52,273 nt of DNA from a virus (lineage: Duplodnaviria > Caudoviricetes): the IMG/VR virus record IMGVR_UViG_3300045950_000170, positions 1 through 52,273 of that record; one strand, written 5' to 3'. The notes beneath the pieces are model-generated. The model saw only the letters and a list, made by a program, of their open reading frames with translations, had not been told where the DNA came from and did no database searches. Both the position numbers and the translations under genes were made by a program. Position 1 is the stretch's first letter; each line of letters opens with the position of its first letter. This document shows positions 51,062 through 52,273 of this stretch, one piece after another.

Positions 51062-51499
51062 TCAACGCGGAAGGCCGACTCGCTCCCGCTGCTCCTCCCA
51101 CAGCGCCGGCGGATCAACCGCGAGGTCGAACAGCGTGATGTGGTTCGGCAGTGCGTCGTCGAGGATGGCGGCCACGATGTCGGGCGCCAGCGTGGTCAGG
51201 TTGACCATCCGGCTCACGTAGCTGTTGTCGATGCCCTCCCGCGCGGCGATTTCCTTCAGCGACTTTGCTTCGCCTGATTCCAGCATGGCCAACCAACGAT
51301 GCCCCCTGGCCAGCGCCAGTTGAATCGATGTTGGCGCCACGTCCCACGACCTGACCGGGGCGGTCTCACCGTTAGGCAGGGTGACCAACTTGCGGCCGCT
51401 GCGGCGCTTGATCTGGATCGGCACGGACAGGGTCAGCCTGCCGTCGCTGGTCTGCAGGATGTCCGGCTCGCCGGCCTTCTGGATGCGGATGTCGCTCAT
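51062..51499 (-). CDS. Recombinase-associated HTH protein (145 aa)
   Basis: Start MSDIRIQK at 51499 (ATGA overlap with the recombinase stop); LARGHRW..MLESG...SLKEIA.REGIDNSYVSR...LTTLAPDIV. Confidence 0.75.
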   Translation of the reverse strand: MSDIRIQKAGEPDILQTSDGRLTLSVPIQIKRRSGRKLVTLPNGETAPVRSWDVAPTSIQLALARGHRWLAMLESGEAKSLKEIAAREGIDNSYVSRMVNLTTLAPDIVAAILDDALPNHITLFDLAVDPPALWEEQRERVGLPR

Positions 51500-52272
51500 G
51501 CCATTGCCTCCTCTTGTTGGTTGGCTGGCTCTGGGCGGAGCTCCAGCACCAGTCGCTCGATGCCGTTGGCGCGCAGTCGCACTTCGAGGTCGTTGGGTGA
51601 CACGATGACTTTCTCCACCAGCAATTTCACGATCCGTGTCTGCTCCGCCGGGAACAGCTGATCCCAAATCGCGTCGAGCCGGGTCATGGCCACGGTGATC
51701 TTGGCCTCGTCCAGCGTTGGGTCGAGCTTGATCGCTTGCGGCAACATGTCGCCGAGCAGATTCGGGGCACGCAAGATCGCGCGCAGTTGATCGAGTACTG
51801 CCGACTCCAGTTCTGCGGCGGGCAGTCGCGGCAGACCCGAGGCACCGGCGTGTTCCTTGGCATCGCGCTGGGGCACGTAGTAACGGTAGCGACGGCCATT
51901 CTTCTTGGTCGTATGCCACGGAGACAGCGCCCGGCCATCGTTGCCGAACACGATGCCCTTGAGCAGATACGCCACGGTTGCCCGGGTCGCATTTCCGCGA
52001 ACTCGACCATTGGTGGCCAGGATCGCGTGGACGCTATCCCACAGTTCGCGGCTGATGATGGGAGGGTGCTCCGCCTGGTACCACTGGTCCTTGTGCCGCA
52101 ATTCACCGAGGTAGGTCCGGTTGCTCAGGAGCTTGTAGATGTGGCCCTTGTCGATCGGCCTGCCGTCGCGAGTCTTGCCGTCTTGTGTGGTCCACGCCTT
52201 CGACGTCACGCCATCCAGTTTCAGCTCCTTGACCAGTGCGGTACTGGAGCCGAGTTCGACGAAGCGTTGGAA
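51496..52272 (-). CDS. Large serine recombinase, C-terminal part (partial)
   Basis: The frame is open to the window end: IYKLLSNRTYLG....HPPIISRELW, LLKGIVF...G and YRYY recombinase-domain motifs. Confidence 0.85.
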   Translation of the reverse strand, partial: FQRFVELGSSTALVKELKLDGVTSKAWTTQDGKTRDGRPIDKGHIYKLLSNRTYLGELRHKDQWYQAEHPPIISRELWDSVHAILATNGRVRGNATRATVAYLLKGIVFGNDGRALSPWHTTKKNGRRYRYYVPQRDAKEHAGASGLPRLPAAELESAVLDQLRAILRAPNLLGDMLPQAIKLDPTLDEAKITVAMTRLDAIWDQLFPAEQTRIVKLLVEKVIVSPNDLEVRLRANGIERLVLELRPEPANQQEEAMA

Positions 52273-52273
52273 G

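Larger units (their letters stand above)
49191..52273. mobile_element. End of a serine-recombinase integrative element (AbiE + recombinase module)
   Basis: Large serine recombinase and its accessory gene point toward the att-like site. Confidence 0.6.

Overview
GC-rich, probably proteobacterial window with four parts. (1) 1-1.7 kb: a leftward phage early/middle module (P22_AR-N antirepressor, KilA-N protein, a 25-aa peptide, and a partial RuvC-like resolvase) that abuts an N-truncated HTH gene. (2) 1.7-29.4 kb: the late region of a lambda-like siphoviral prophage. It contains a cos-like site, two ParB-fused DNA methyltransferases, a stand-alone RNAP alpha-CTD-like protein, an array of small antisense genes each preceded by the same conserved motif, terminase, putative head fibres, portal, protease/scaffold, capsid, tail and lysis genes. 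(3) 29.4-49.0 kb: a dense defence island. A CapW/BrxR-like WYL regulator heads a ~16.7-kb leftward gene string (RecQ-PRTase, DprA-like, type I R-M hsdM/S/R, M48 peptidase, McrBC, COG2958-like nuclease). It lies divergent from a type I CBASS (patatin + CdnE-like CD-NTase) that is followed by a frameshifted DUF3223/HNH-like gene. (4) 49.2-52.3 kb: an att-like CCACCA plus terminator, an AbiE type IV toxin-antitoxin pair and a partial large serine recombinase module. The most promising unexplained signals are the five-copy promoter-like motif, the RecQ-PRTase + DprA pair (with a clamp-binding-like tail), the CBASS-linked DUF3223/HNH gene and the alpha-CTD mimic. All family assignments come from motif recognition by eye; no database searches were run.
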